Assembly: GCA_964643995.1 (NCBI GenBank)
Contig: CAZXUJ010000003.1
Location: 65,927-129,926, forward strand
Direction of reading: 5' to 3'
DNA length: 64,000 bases
Source of the DNA: an uncultured Candidatus Saccharibacteria bacterium
GTDB taxonomy: Bacteria > Patescibacteriota > WWE3 > UBA101185 > UBA10185
Under the pieces are notes generated by a model that did not search any database, was not told the origin of the DNA, and saw only the letters and a program-made list of their open reading frames with translations. The translations under genes were made by a program, and so were the position numbers. Positions 52,754-61,289 of the stretch are shown in pieces; the first letter of the stretch is position 1, and every line of letters begins with the position of its first letter.

Positions 52754-52782
52754 GCCCTTGACCTATTATGGCGCTATAATCC
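52754..52782 (+). promoter_or_regulatory. Sigma70-like promoter TTGCCC-17-TATAAT
   Basis: TTGCCCttgacctattatggcgcTATAAT. Upstream of a GC-elevated small ORF and dnaX. Confidence 0.45.
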
Positions 52783-52819
52783 CTTCATTACTGACTGTTG
52801 CACAAGGAGAAAAAAAACT

Positions 52820-52999
52820 ATGCAACTTCCAGATCGCCCTAACAGACCGCGGATCAATGCTGAATTGCCTGGGTGTACAGTACTTCTGGCCGTTGGTTAC
52901 ATTCAATTTGGCCTATGGCTAAATTGTAAATGTGTAAACAACGGACTATGTTTCCTTATTCTCGTATCTATATTGGTAGACACCAATTTTCTAAATTAG
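52820..52999 (+). CDS. Hypothetical 59-aa peptide with a strong RBS, in the slot where the SRP RNA gene (ffs) often lies upstream of dnaX. Could instead be part of a small RNA.
   Basis: AAGGAGAAAAAAAACT before the ATG. Below the 60-aa track cutoff. The first half is GC-elevated. Confidence 0.35.
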   Translation: MQLPDRPNRPRINAELPGCTVLLAVGYIQFGLWLNCKCVNNGLCFLILVSILVDTNFLN

Positions 53000-53036
53000 T
53001 AAACTTAAAAAGAATCTAGTTTTCCCCGAACAATTT

Positions 53037-54662
53037 ATGTATTACACAAAGTATAGACCGCAAAAATTTAGTGATATTTCCCAGCCTAATGATATTGCGT
53101 CGGCTTTGATGACACAACTTAAGGATGGTAAAACTGCCCATGCGTATTTGTTTGTTGGCCCACGAGGAACAGGTAAAACCACTACAGCACGTATTTTGGC
53201 TAAGGCTCTAAACTGTGAGGCACTTGATACATCTGGAGACCCATGTAATAAATGTTTTGTTTGTAAAGCTGTAATGAATGGAAATTTTGTTGATCTTATT
53301 GAAATTGATGCCGCAAGTAATCGTGGGATTGATGACATTCGAGAATTACGCGACAAAATAAAATTATCTCCGACGACAGGAAAAAACAAAATTTATATAA
53401 TCGATGAGGTTCATATGCTTACCACAGAAGCCTTCAATGCTTTACTTAAAACTCTTGAGGAACCCCCCTCCCATGCTGTTTTTATTTTATGCACAACCGA
53501 GTCTCATAAGGTTCCTGACACCATTAAATCGCGTTGTCAGGTTTTCAAATTTAAACGCGCTACGGTCGACCAACTGGTTGTGAAACTAACTGACATTTGT
53601 AAAAAAGAGAAAGTTAAAGGTATCAAGTCGGAAGATTTAAGAAAAATCGCTGAGGCCTCTTTTGGTGGTTTCCGCGATGCCGAAACATTACTCCAACAAG
53701 TTGTAGATGGTGGTATGGATGCTGATACTTTTGTTGGGCTGTCTGCGGTACAGAACTATCTAAATTTTGTAGAAAACCTTATAAATCATGATTCTAGATC
53801 TGCTCTGAAATTTGTTGGCCAGTTAGTAAATGATGGTATAGACATTAATGTCTGGCTTTCCGGGCTTTTAAATCATTTACGGGATCTGTTGTTTGTGAAA
53901 ACTAAAGTTGATGTTATGACCGATTTTTCTCCCGAGCTCTTGGCTAAGTTGCAGCTTCAAGCAGAAGTGCTTACGTATGGACAATTGGTTGCCTTTACAA
54001 GTGAATTTATTGAGGCGAGCAACCATGTTACCGACTCAATGTTGCCGCAGCTGCCGCTAGAAATTAGTATCATTAAACTTTGTGAGGACTTGACTATGCC
54101 AACTAATATTTCCACAAAAAATGAGCCTCCTGTAATACCTAACCCTCCCGAAGCAGGTGACCATAAGCAATCAAATAAAGATAATGAGGACTACGGTGAT
54201 GATTTTTTTGAGGAGGCCGTGGAGGTTGATGATGGTGCTCAGGATATAGTTGAGATTGTTTCAGATGTTCCATTGGTTGCAATATCCGTAATAGAGGAGA
54301 AGTGGAAATCTTTGGTTAAAAGTACAGTTCAAATTAATGCTTCTATACATACATTGCTAAAATCGGCGCACCCTATTGAGGTAGTAGGGAATAAGCTTTA
54401 TATTGAGGTTTCTTACAAATTTCATAAGGAACGCATCGAGTCTCCAAAAAACAGGCAGATAATTGAAAACACTCTTCGCGAAATTTTGGGGGAGGACATA
54501 AAAATAGAATGCAAAGTAAATGAGGGTAAACGTCCTGCTCCAAAGGAGCCTAAGGCTACAGGGGATTTAACTGATTACAACGTTTCTGCTCCAATATTTT
54601 CTGCTGGAACTAGTGAAAGCGCGAATATATCTGATATATTTGATGGCGCACTACCTTATTAA
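53037..54662 (+). CDS. dnaX: DNA polymerase III subunit gamma/tau
   Basis: Walker A GPRGTGKTTTARILA. Zinc module CNKCFVC. IDEVHML. Confidence 0.95.
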   Translation: MYYTKYRPQKFSDISQPNDIASALMTQLKDGKTAHAYLFVGPRGTGKTTTARILAKALNCEALDTSGDPCNKCFVCKAVMNGNFVDLIEIDAASNRGIDDIRELRDKIKLSPTTGKNKIYIIDEVHMLTTEAFNALLKTLEEPPSHAVFILCTTESHKVPDTIKSRCQVFKFKRATVDQLVVKLTDICKKEKVKGIKSEDLRKIAEASFGGFRDAETLLQQVVDGGMDADTFVGLSAVQNYLNFVENLINHDSRSALKFVGQLVNDGIDINVWLSGLLNHLRDLLFVKTKVDVMTDFSPELLAKLQLQAEVLTYGQLVAFTSEFIEASNHVTDSMLPQLPLEISIIKLCEDLTMPTNISTKNEPPVIPNPPEAGDHKQSNKDNEDYGDDFFEEAVEVDDGAQDIVEIVSDVPLVAISVIEEKWKSLVKSTVQINASIHTLLKSAHPIEVVGNKLYIEVSYKFHKERIESPKNRQIIENTLREILGEDIKIECKVNEGKRPAPKEPKATGDLTDYNVSAPIFSAGTSESANISDIFDGALPY

Positions 54663-54668
54663 TTACTT

Positions 54669-55301
54669 ATGAAAACCCCAAGACCTATTGAAAAGTTAAT
54701 AAACCATTTTGAGCGGTTGCCTGGTATAGGGCCAAAAACAGCACAGCGTCTGGTTTTTCACTTATTACATTTTCCTCAGGAGGAAATAGAAAAGTTTTCG
54801 GAGTCGTTGATAAAATTTAAAACTGATATCCAAATTTGTAATGTTTGTAAAAATGTGGGTGAGTCCAACCCTTGTGAGATATGTCAGGACTTAAATCGTT
54901 CTGATAGTTTAGTTGCAGTGGTGTCAACGCCTTTGGATGTTTTTGCTTTGGAACGTGCTGGTTTTAAAGGTAAATATCATGTATTGCATGGGGTTATTGA
55001 TCCATTAAACAATGTTGGTCCTGACGAGCTGTTTATAAGTCACCTAGTCATTAGGATTAAAGAGTATATTGATAACCCAATGACGTCCTTTAATACTTTG
55101 GAGCTGATTTTGGCCACAAACACCAGCATGGAAGGTGAGTCGACCGCAATGTACCTTACTAAGCTGATACGCGAGCAGGGTTTCCCCACAGAACAAGTAA
55201 AAATAACCAGAATCGCTAGAGGACTTCCTGTTGGAGGCGACATTGAATATGCAGACGATTTCACACTACTTAAGGCTTTGGAAGGCAGATCTGTGTGCTA
55301 G
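54669..55301 (+). CDS. recR: Recombination protein RecR
   Basis: HhH LPGIGPKTAQRL. C4 zinc finger CNVCKN...CEIC. Toprim domain. Confidence 0.95.
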   Translation: MKTPRPIEKLINHFERLPGIGPKTAQRLVFHLLHFPQEEIEKFSESLIKFKTDIQICNVCKNVGESNPCEICQDLNRSDSLVAVVSTPLDVFALERAGFKGKYHVLHGVIDPLNNVGPDELFISHLVIRIKEYIDNPMTSFNTLELILATNTSMEGESTAMYLTKLIREQGFPTEQVKITRIARGLPVGGDIEYADDFTLLKALEGRSVC

Positions 55302-55310
55302 AATATTGGT

Positions 55311-56705
55311 ATGACACTAAGGTTATACAATTCCCTTACACGTCAAATAGAGGACTTTAAACCTTTAAAAGAAGGCGAGGTAAGTTTATATGCCTGCGGC
55401 CCTACCGTTTACTATTATGCGCATATCGGTAACTTCAGGTCATTTGTATTAGCCGATTTAGTTTATCGAACACTCAAATTTAATGCTTTCAATGTCCGCT
55501 ACATTATGAATCTTACGGATGTCGGGCATTTAACGGGTGACAATTTGGGCGACGCTAATATTGGTAATGATCGTCTGGAGCAGGCTGCTGACAAAGAAGG
55601 CAAGAGCGCGAGAGAAATAGCCGATTTTTATATTAAACATTTTCTTTTGGACTACGAAAAGCTTAAATTATCGAGACCATTAAAATTTACTCGTGCAACT
55701 GATTACATCGCTGAGCAAATTGAGCTTGTGCGTGTTTTAGAAAGAAAAGGTTATACGTATAAAACTTCGGATGGTGTCTACTTTGATACCTCGAAATTCG
55801 CAAGCTACGGAATTATGTCAGGTATGGTGGCGGATAATGAGGAACGTGAAGCTAGAGTATCTGAAAATCTAGAAAAGAAGAATCCTTCGGATTTTGCATT
55901 ATGGAAATATTCCCCAAAAGGTGAACGTCGTTGGCAAGAATGGGAATCCCCATGGGGTATGGGCTTTCCTGGGTGGCATATAGAGTGTAGTGCTATGAGT
56001 ATGCGAGAACTTGGGGCAACCATTGATATTCACACTGGGGGGGAAGATCATAAAATGATTCATCATCCAAATGAAATAGCCCAGAGCGAATGTGCCACTG
56101 GTGAAAAGTTTGTTCGTTACTGGTTGCACTCAGCTTTTATGAAAATAGATGATCAGAGAATGGGAAAGAGTAATAACAATGCATATACTTTATCTGATAT
56201 TGAGGAAAAAGGGTTTTCTCCGGTTGATCTCCGTTATTTTTATATGACTGCTCATTACCGTACGCCGCTAAATTTTACTTGGGGTGCATTACAGAGCGCG
56301 TCTAGTGCTCTTAGAAAGCTCTACACTGTGGTTGAGGGTTATAAAGATGATTCAGGTGCCCTGCCTGATAAAAGTGAACTGCGTAAGTTTGAGGAGGCTT
56401 TAAATGACGATTTAAACATGCCCAAGGTGTTAGCAATCGTTTGGGATGTTCTTAAAAACGAGTCCATGTCTGAAGGCGTCAAATTAGCGACTCTTCAAAA
56501 ATTTGATACAGTGTTGGGATTTGGACTTGATTCTCATATAGGTCTTGAAATTCCGGAAAAGGTGCAACATTTAGCCACTACTAGGCAAGAATATCGCAAG
56601 GCAGGTATTTGGGATAAAGCGGACGTTTTGCGTCGAGAAATAGAATCCCAAGGGTATGTTGTCGAGGATGTAGCTGAGGGTTTCAAGATTAAACGCAAGA
56701 TATAG
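55311..56705 (+). CDS. cysS: Cysteine--tRNA ligase
   Basis: HIGN (HIGH) motif, Zn-binding Cys, RMGKS (KMSKS) motif. Confidence 0.9.
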   Translation: MTLRLYNSLTRQIEDFKPLKEGEVSLYACGPTVYYYAHIGNFRSFVLADLVYRTLKFNAFNVRYIMNLTDVGHLTGDNLGDANIGNDRLEQAADKEGKSAREIADFYIKHFLLDYEKLKLSRPLKFTRATDYIAEQIELVRVLERKGYTYKTSDGVYFDTSKFASYGIMSGMVADNEEREARVSENLEKKNPSDFALWKYSPKGERRWQEWESPWGMGFPGWHIECSAMSMRELGATIDIHTGGEDHKMIHHPNEIAQSECATGEKFVRYWLHSAFMKIDDQRMGKSNNNAYTLSDIEEKGFSPVDLRYFYMTAHYRTPLNFTWGALQSASSALRKLYTVVEGYKDDSGALPDKSELRKFEEALNDDLNMPKVLAIVWDVLKNESMSEGVKLATLQKFDTVLGFGLDSHIGLEIPEKVQHLATTRQEYRKAGIWDKADVLRREIESQGYVVEDVAEGFKIKRKI

Positions 56706-58679
56706 TTATTTTCTGCTTACCCATTCAATAGTACTTTCATCAAAAAATTCCCTAAGTTGAATCATATATTTGGGTTCAAAGATAAAAGACTCGGCGGGAG
56801 TATCATTGTTTTGGGTGCCTTGTAATGTACGTTGCAACTTAATTTCATCCGCACTGTATATTCCTTTCAAGTTCAAGGTTTGTGTAGCTTCGCCGTCTTC
56901 TATGTTATACGCCGAAAATATATCGCCGTCGGCAAATATTGCAATTCCCAGTGTATTGACCCCTTTATCTATGTAAACATCGCCCTCAACGATAAACAAT
57001 GCTGTAGATGAACTTGAGACTGCAATATCATTATCAATGCTTAAGTTTCCATTTACAAAAACTATTTGATTAAATGTGGCTGATCCATAGTTGTTAGGTG
57101 TGGACTGATTATCAATTGTGTAGTCTCCGTTTATCTCATATACTCCTGTACTGCTAACTAGATCTGCGTTCGTCGATATGGTGGTCTTTATGCCTGTAAC
57201 TTGATTGTATAGTCCTGTATAACCTTCGACTGATGGGGTAGGGGAGTTGTAGATTTTCCAATCCTCCTCCGAAGTGAAAAAGTCAATCGAATTTCCGCCA
57301 ATTTCTATCAGTCCATCAGTGTTGTCTTCATTCGCTTCAGATACCATGTCTATGTGCGCATTTGCCCTTACAAACCCATGTCCACGTACTTTTATCCAAG
57401 GTCCATTTAGGCATATTTCTTTAGTATCTATGTTGCCAGCCCTATCCTCCGCATAAAAGCGGACTTCCTTACAATCTCTCCAGTTACTGTCGCAGAAATC
57501 TGTTCTTTGTGTGCGCAGTTGTGCTGTGGTCTCTCCATTGGCGTGCACGCCATTGAGCAGCTCTCTCCACAAATTTGTGTTCCATGTAGAATTACATCCT
57601 AATAAGTTTCTAAAGTAACCGAACGTGGGGTTTCTACTTGTTAGGTACTGATATTTGTTTGTTTCAACAGACAGGCCGGACGTTAGGTCGTCTACTGTTA
57701 TAAAAACCCATAACCTATGTACCGAGCTACTCCCACCGCCGATTTGCCTTGTAGCTCCGGAGTCGTGCCAATTGCCTGGGGGTGTTTGATCTAGTTTAAA
57801 CTCTATACAATGTGACTTGGGCGAGGTGCAGCTGTGTACCTCCGAGTTATCAGAAAAGTCTGTACTGTAGTACTCAATAGTATGTGCGGCGTTATCTGTG
57901 GCGACCGTAAAATTTGTAGAAATGTTCTCTAGCGATGTTGTTATTGTCGCAGCATCTGCCCACAATGTTCCAGGCCCACTCAGACCGATATCCATATATA
58001 CACCTGTGGCGCCACTAACGCTTACGGTGAAGTCTAGTGTAACCAACGTCCATCCAGTTGTACCGGTTACTGTTGTTGACTGTGCAATTAGTGGGTAAGT
58101 GAAACCACCGGCACCATCGGGTACCACAGCATAAATCCGATAATTTGCTGTTCCTGTTACGTTGTCGGTCTTTAACCAGACTGATGAAGTCATGTTATCG
58201 AAAGGGGAGGCAGCTGCATAATAGGTCATATGATTTATACCATGCCAAGTACCACCTGTTGTTTCTATTTTTGCTGAGGCACTAGCGTAGCCAGGTGCGT
58301 AGTTACCATTGTCTTTTGAGTAAGTAACTTCTGGATCGACTAAAGTTCCTTCCCAACGCGATAGTCCTGTTGTTGTACTGCCGGAAGCAGTTTCAAACGA
58401 TGCATTAGGTGCTAAATTCGCGGTATTAGAGAAGTCTACTGTTTGCCAGTTTCCTCCATCAATTCGGTAATTTATGTTTTTTACACCACTCTCAAGATCT
58501 GTTGCATTAAGCTGAATTTGCACTGGAGAGACGTACCAGCTGTTATTCCCGTCTGGAACTGCTGGGTTAAGTGTATAGGTTGTTGTTGGGGGTGTTACAT
58601 CTACCGGTTGTGCTTGTATCCTGGGCGTAATCAGAACTAATAAAGTTAATATTGCAAAGTATCTGAAATATTTGGGCAT
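56706..58679 (-). CDS. Secreted protein with an Ig-like domain, a carbohydrate-binding-module-like beta-sandwich and a C-terminal beta-helix-like repeat region
   Basis: Signal peptide MPKYFRYFAILTLLVLITPRIQA. ESGVKNINYRIDGGNWQTV Ig-like motif. Many Thr/Gly-rich beta-repeat segments. Confidence 0.65.
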   Translation of the reverse strand: MPKYFRYFAILTLLVLITPRIQAQPVDVTPPTTTYTLNPAVPDGNNSWYVSPVQIQLNATDLESGVKNINYRIDGGNWQTVDFSNTANLAPNASFETASGSTTTGLSRWEGTLVDPEVTYSKDNGNYAPGYASASAKIETTGGTWHGINHMTYYAAASPFDNMTSSVWLKTDNVTGTANYRIYAVVPDGAGGFTYPLIAQSTTVTGTTGWTLVTLDFTVSVSGATGVYMDIGLSGPGTLWADAATITTSLENISTNFTVATDNAAHTIEYYSTDFSDNSEVHSCTSPKSHCIEFKLDQTPPGNWHDSGATRQIGGGSSSVHRLWVFITVDDLTSGLSVETNKYQYLTSRNPTFGYFRNLLGCNSTWNTNLWRELLNGVHANGETTAQLRTQRTDFCDSNWRDCKEVRFYAEDRAGNIDTKEICLNGPWIKVRGHGFVRANAHIDMVSEANEDNTDGLIEIGGNSIDFFTSEEDWKIYNSPTPSVEGYTGLYNQVTGIKTTISTNADLVSSTGVYEINGDYTIDNQSTPNNYGSATFNQIVFVNGNLSIDNDIAVSSSSTALFIVEGDVYIDKGVNTLGIAIFADGDIFSAYNIEDGEATQTLNLKGIYSADEIKLQRTLQGTQNNDTPAESFIFEPKYMIQLREFFDESTIEWVSRK

Positions 58680-58704
58680 GTAACAATAAGTATATATCCT
58701 TTCT

Positions 58705-59988
58705 TTATACGTTTACAGTCTTTTGATCCCCAGACTTCATATCTTTGATCTGGATCTCATTTTTCTCTATCTCGGCTGTTCCCGCGATAATGACATTACT
58801 AAATCCAAGTTTGTTTGCTTCTCTTAATCCCTCAGATAGTTGAACGCTTTTGATTCCTGTTTGTACTCTATAGCCCTGTTTTCTTAGTTTGTTGGCAATT
58901 TCAAGAGCAGTCAAGAAACTCACATTTTCTAAAAGTGGAAGGTAATACATATCTGTATATTTGCTCAATTCAGGAATTAAGTCCCAATTTTCAAGGAATA
59001 TTCTAAACGTTTCACTCCCAGGTGCAAAGCCTACTGCAGGCATTGAGTCTATGCCAAAGAGTTCCGCTAACCCGTTATAGCGACCACCTCCGAACAAAGA
59101 TCTAGGATTTTCCTTGTTAGCATCAAACACCTCAAAAATTAAACCATCATAGTAATCAAATCCTCGAATAATATTAGCTTTAAACTCTACATACTGCGCA
59201 TATCCTAAATTTGTTAAGGCTTCTTGAGTATAAATAATTTCCTTAGCTCCATCGCTTGATTCTAGTTCTGGAAAGTTCTCTAGTAACGTTAGGCTGTTTG
59301 CAGTTAAGAAATTAACTATTTTTGTTATTTCTGCATCATCAAATCCTAAGTCAACTAAAGCTTTTACGTATGCATCTTTTGAGTCGTATTTATCAAACTT
59401 ATCCATCAGTCTTACTAGCTGGGTTTTTTTCTCAGTTGACACTTTTAAAACGTCATCCAAAAAAGCATTTATAAGCTTTCGGTTGTTGTAGTAGAGCTTA
59501 AAAGCATTTTCTGGAGGATTAAAGGCTAACATAAGCTCAAGTGCCAAAGACAAAATTTCTAAATCAGAGTTTATTGAAGCGTCTCCAAAAATATCGGCAT
59601 TTAGCTGCCAAAACTCTCTGTTGCGCCCTTTTTGTGGTTTTTCATTGCGACAAAAATTACTTACATTAAAAAATCTTATTGGTTTTGGAGATTCCTTGTA
59701 AACCTTTGCGACGAGTCTAGTTACCGAGGGTGTCATCTCAGGACGTATTGCTAATTCGCGCCCACCGAGGTCTGTTAGCGTATACAGTTCCTTACCGCCA
59801 ACATCTTCACCTGACTTTGCACGATATATCTCAGCCGACTCAAGTAGGGGAGTCTGATACTCTCTATAGCCAAATCTTAAGCACACCTCTTTCCAAGTAT
59901 TAAACATGAACTCTTGCACCAAAAATTCATCTGGCAAAAGATCTTTCATTCCTTTATTTGGTTGTGTACTTAGTTGCTGTTGTGCCAT
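58705..59988 (-). CDS. hisS: Histidine--tRNA ligase
   Basis: KGMKDLLP motif 1 region, RPEMTPS motif 2, C-terminal anticodon-binding domain (VIIAGTAEIEKNEIQIKDM). Confidence 0.85.
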   Translation of the reverse strand: MAQQQLSTQPNKGMKDLLPDEFLVQEFMFNTWKEVCLRFGYREYQTPLLESAEIYRAKSGEDVGGKELYTLTDLGGRELAIRPEMTPSVTRLVAKVYKESPKPIRFFNVSNFCRNEKPQKGRNREFWQLNADIFGDASINSDLEILSLALELMLAFNPPENAFKLYYNNRKLINAFLDDVLKVSTEKKTQLVRLMDKFDKYDSKDAYVKALVDLGFDDAEITKIVNFLTANSLTLLENFPELESSDGAKEIIYTQEALTNLGYAQYVEFKANIIRGFDYYDGLIFEVFDANKENPRSLFGGGRYNGLAELFGIDSMPAVGFAPGSETFRIFLENWDLIPELSKYTDMYYLPLLENVSFLTALEIANKLRKQGYRVQTGIKSVQLSEGLREANKLGFSNVIIAGTAEIEKNEIQIKDMKSGDQKTVNV

Positions 59989-59996
59989 ATCTACTT

Positions 59997-60437
59997 CTAA
60001 TTTACTACCTTTATGCCTTTTACGCTAGTAAAATCATTGTCGAAAGAAGCAATTTTAGTTATCTTCTCTTTTTTCATGATTTCAAGAATCATAGCGTCTC
60101 TGGGTCTTAATTTATGTGCTTTCATAATTTTCAAAGTATCTACTAGATCTTCCTGTGTTAGTACAGTTTCAAGCAAAGCAAAGTTTAAGAAATTAAAAAC
60201 ATTTGTTGTAGCTTTATTTAGTCTTTTGAATAGGTCATTTTTGCTTAGTTTAAGTTCTCTCCATATAGCGATTGATACATACCACAGTTCATCAAAAACT
60301 AAATTATGTGTCACTAATACATTTTCAGCAGCTGCGAACTCACTTAAAAGTTCTTTGGCTCTAGGATAAAAAATATGTCCTTCTATTTGTGATGCTACAA
60401 GAAAATTAGTGTCAAGAAAAACGGATGCTCTTGTCAT
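59997..60437 (-). CDS. vapC: PIN-domain ribonuclease toxin VapC
   Basis: VFLDTNFLV N-terminal acidic motif plus the downstream D/E residues of a PIN fold. Start at the ATG at 60437; the track's earlier 60473 start is less likely. Confidence 0.75.
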   Translation of the reverse strand: MTRASVFLDTNFLVASQIEGHIFYPRAKELLSEFAAAENVLVTHNLVFDELWYVSIAIWRELKLSKNDLFKRLNKATTNVFNFLNFALLETVLTQEDLVDTLKIMKAHKLRPRDAMILEIMKKEKITKIASFDNDFTSVKGIKVVN

Positions 60438-60696
60438 AGGGATTTTCCTTAAACTTTTTAACAATCTTGGCAATTTCTTGTGCCGATACCTCGTCTTTAA
60501 CTATCAAACCCCCCATAACATTTTGCGGATAGTCTTCGTGCAAATTTGTGGTATCAATTTGTTCATCAACAATTTCATATGTAATTTTATTTTTTACTCG
60601 CTTTGAGAACTTTAGCTTAGTACCTGGAGTTATATTAGCTTCTTTAGGAACTGTTATAGCAATGCTATTTCCAATTTTAAATGCTTTTTGGATCAT
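60412..60696 (-). CDS. vapB: AbrB/MazE/SpoVT-type antitoxin VapB
   Basis: KIGNSIAITVPKE swapped-hairpin motif. Immediately upstream of and overlapping vapC. Confidence 0.75.
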   Translation of the reverse strand: MIQKAFKIGNSIAITVPKEANITPGTKLKFSKRVKNKITYEIVDEQIDTTNLHEDYPQNVMGGLIVKDEVSAQEIAKIVKKFKENPYDKSIRFS

Positions 60697-60743
60697 ACAT
60701 GGATAATAGATAATGTTTAAACGTGAGTCAATAAGGTGTTTAA

Positions 60744-60815
60744 ATGATTGTGGCTAGGTCAGACTGAAAAATTTTGTTTCTTCTTTATGTGGAAGATTAT
60801 TATTTTTTCAGTCTG
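60744..60815. terminator. Perfect 20-bp inverted repeat hairpin (GGCTAGGTCAGACTGAAAAA ... TTTTTCAGTCTGAACCTAGCC) with a ~31-nt loop. Probable terminator or insulator between minus-strand genes.
   Basis: Read directly from the sequence. Lies between the 3' end of the 60834..61163 gene and the 5' region of vapB. Confidence 0.5.
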
Positions 60816-60833
60816 AACCTAGCCGGTTGATGT

Positions 60834-61163
60834 CTATTTCTTAATGAGTAGTTTCCAGGCCAATGAACCTAGATAAATAATTCCTACTCCATTAAGAACC
60901 ATTACTGAGATTGCGGCGATTACCCATGTGTTGTTTTGGATCCATGTGGGTAATGTGAACAATGCCGCGAGCCAGAAAACTGGATTAAGGATGGTACGCA
61001 CTAATGCTTGCATGAACTGCTCCACGCTTACAAACTCGGCGCCATTACGTAACACAAATGTGGGAGCTGATGTGATCGCAATGAAAATTACTGTTACGCC
61101 TACTAGCGCCAAAAAAACAGCTAGCATTATGGCCAATGTTTTTTCTGTACTCATGTGTTTCAT
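60834..61163 (-). CDS. Hypothetical small membrane protein (3 TM helices)
   Basis: 109-aa hydrophobic ORF. Confidence 0.55.
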   Translation of the reverse strand: MKHMSTEKTLAIMLAVFLALVGVTVIFIAITSAPTFVLRNGAEFVSVEQFMQALVRTILNPVFWLAALFTLPTWIQNNTWVIAAISVMVLNGVGIIYLGSLAWKLLIKK

Positions 61164-61289
61164 CTTTCAATCTCCTGTGAATTGGTGGATTTTCTCTGAT
61201 CTTTCGATCTATGCCTTTAATTATACCTCTACCTACAACATTTTAAGCCTCATAGTTGTCTATTTGCTTGTTACTGCGCCAAGGGGCTG

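Noticed and set aside
52754-52930. SRP RNA (ffs) at the canonical position upstream of dnaX
   Set aside because: I could not find the conserved domain-IV sequence motifs by eye. It is kept as an open alternative in the findings rather than called as an ncRNA feature.
58443-58640. 65-aa Cys/Trp-rich plus-strand ORF inside the secreted-protein gene
   Set aside because: Antisense chance ORF within a 657-aa CDS that has a clear signal peptide.
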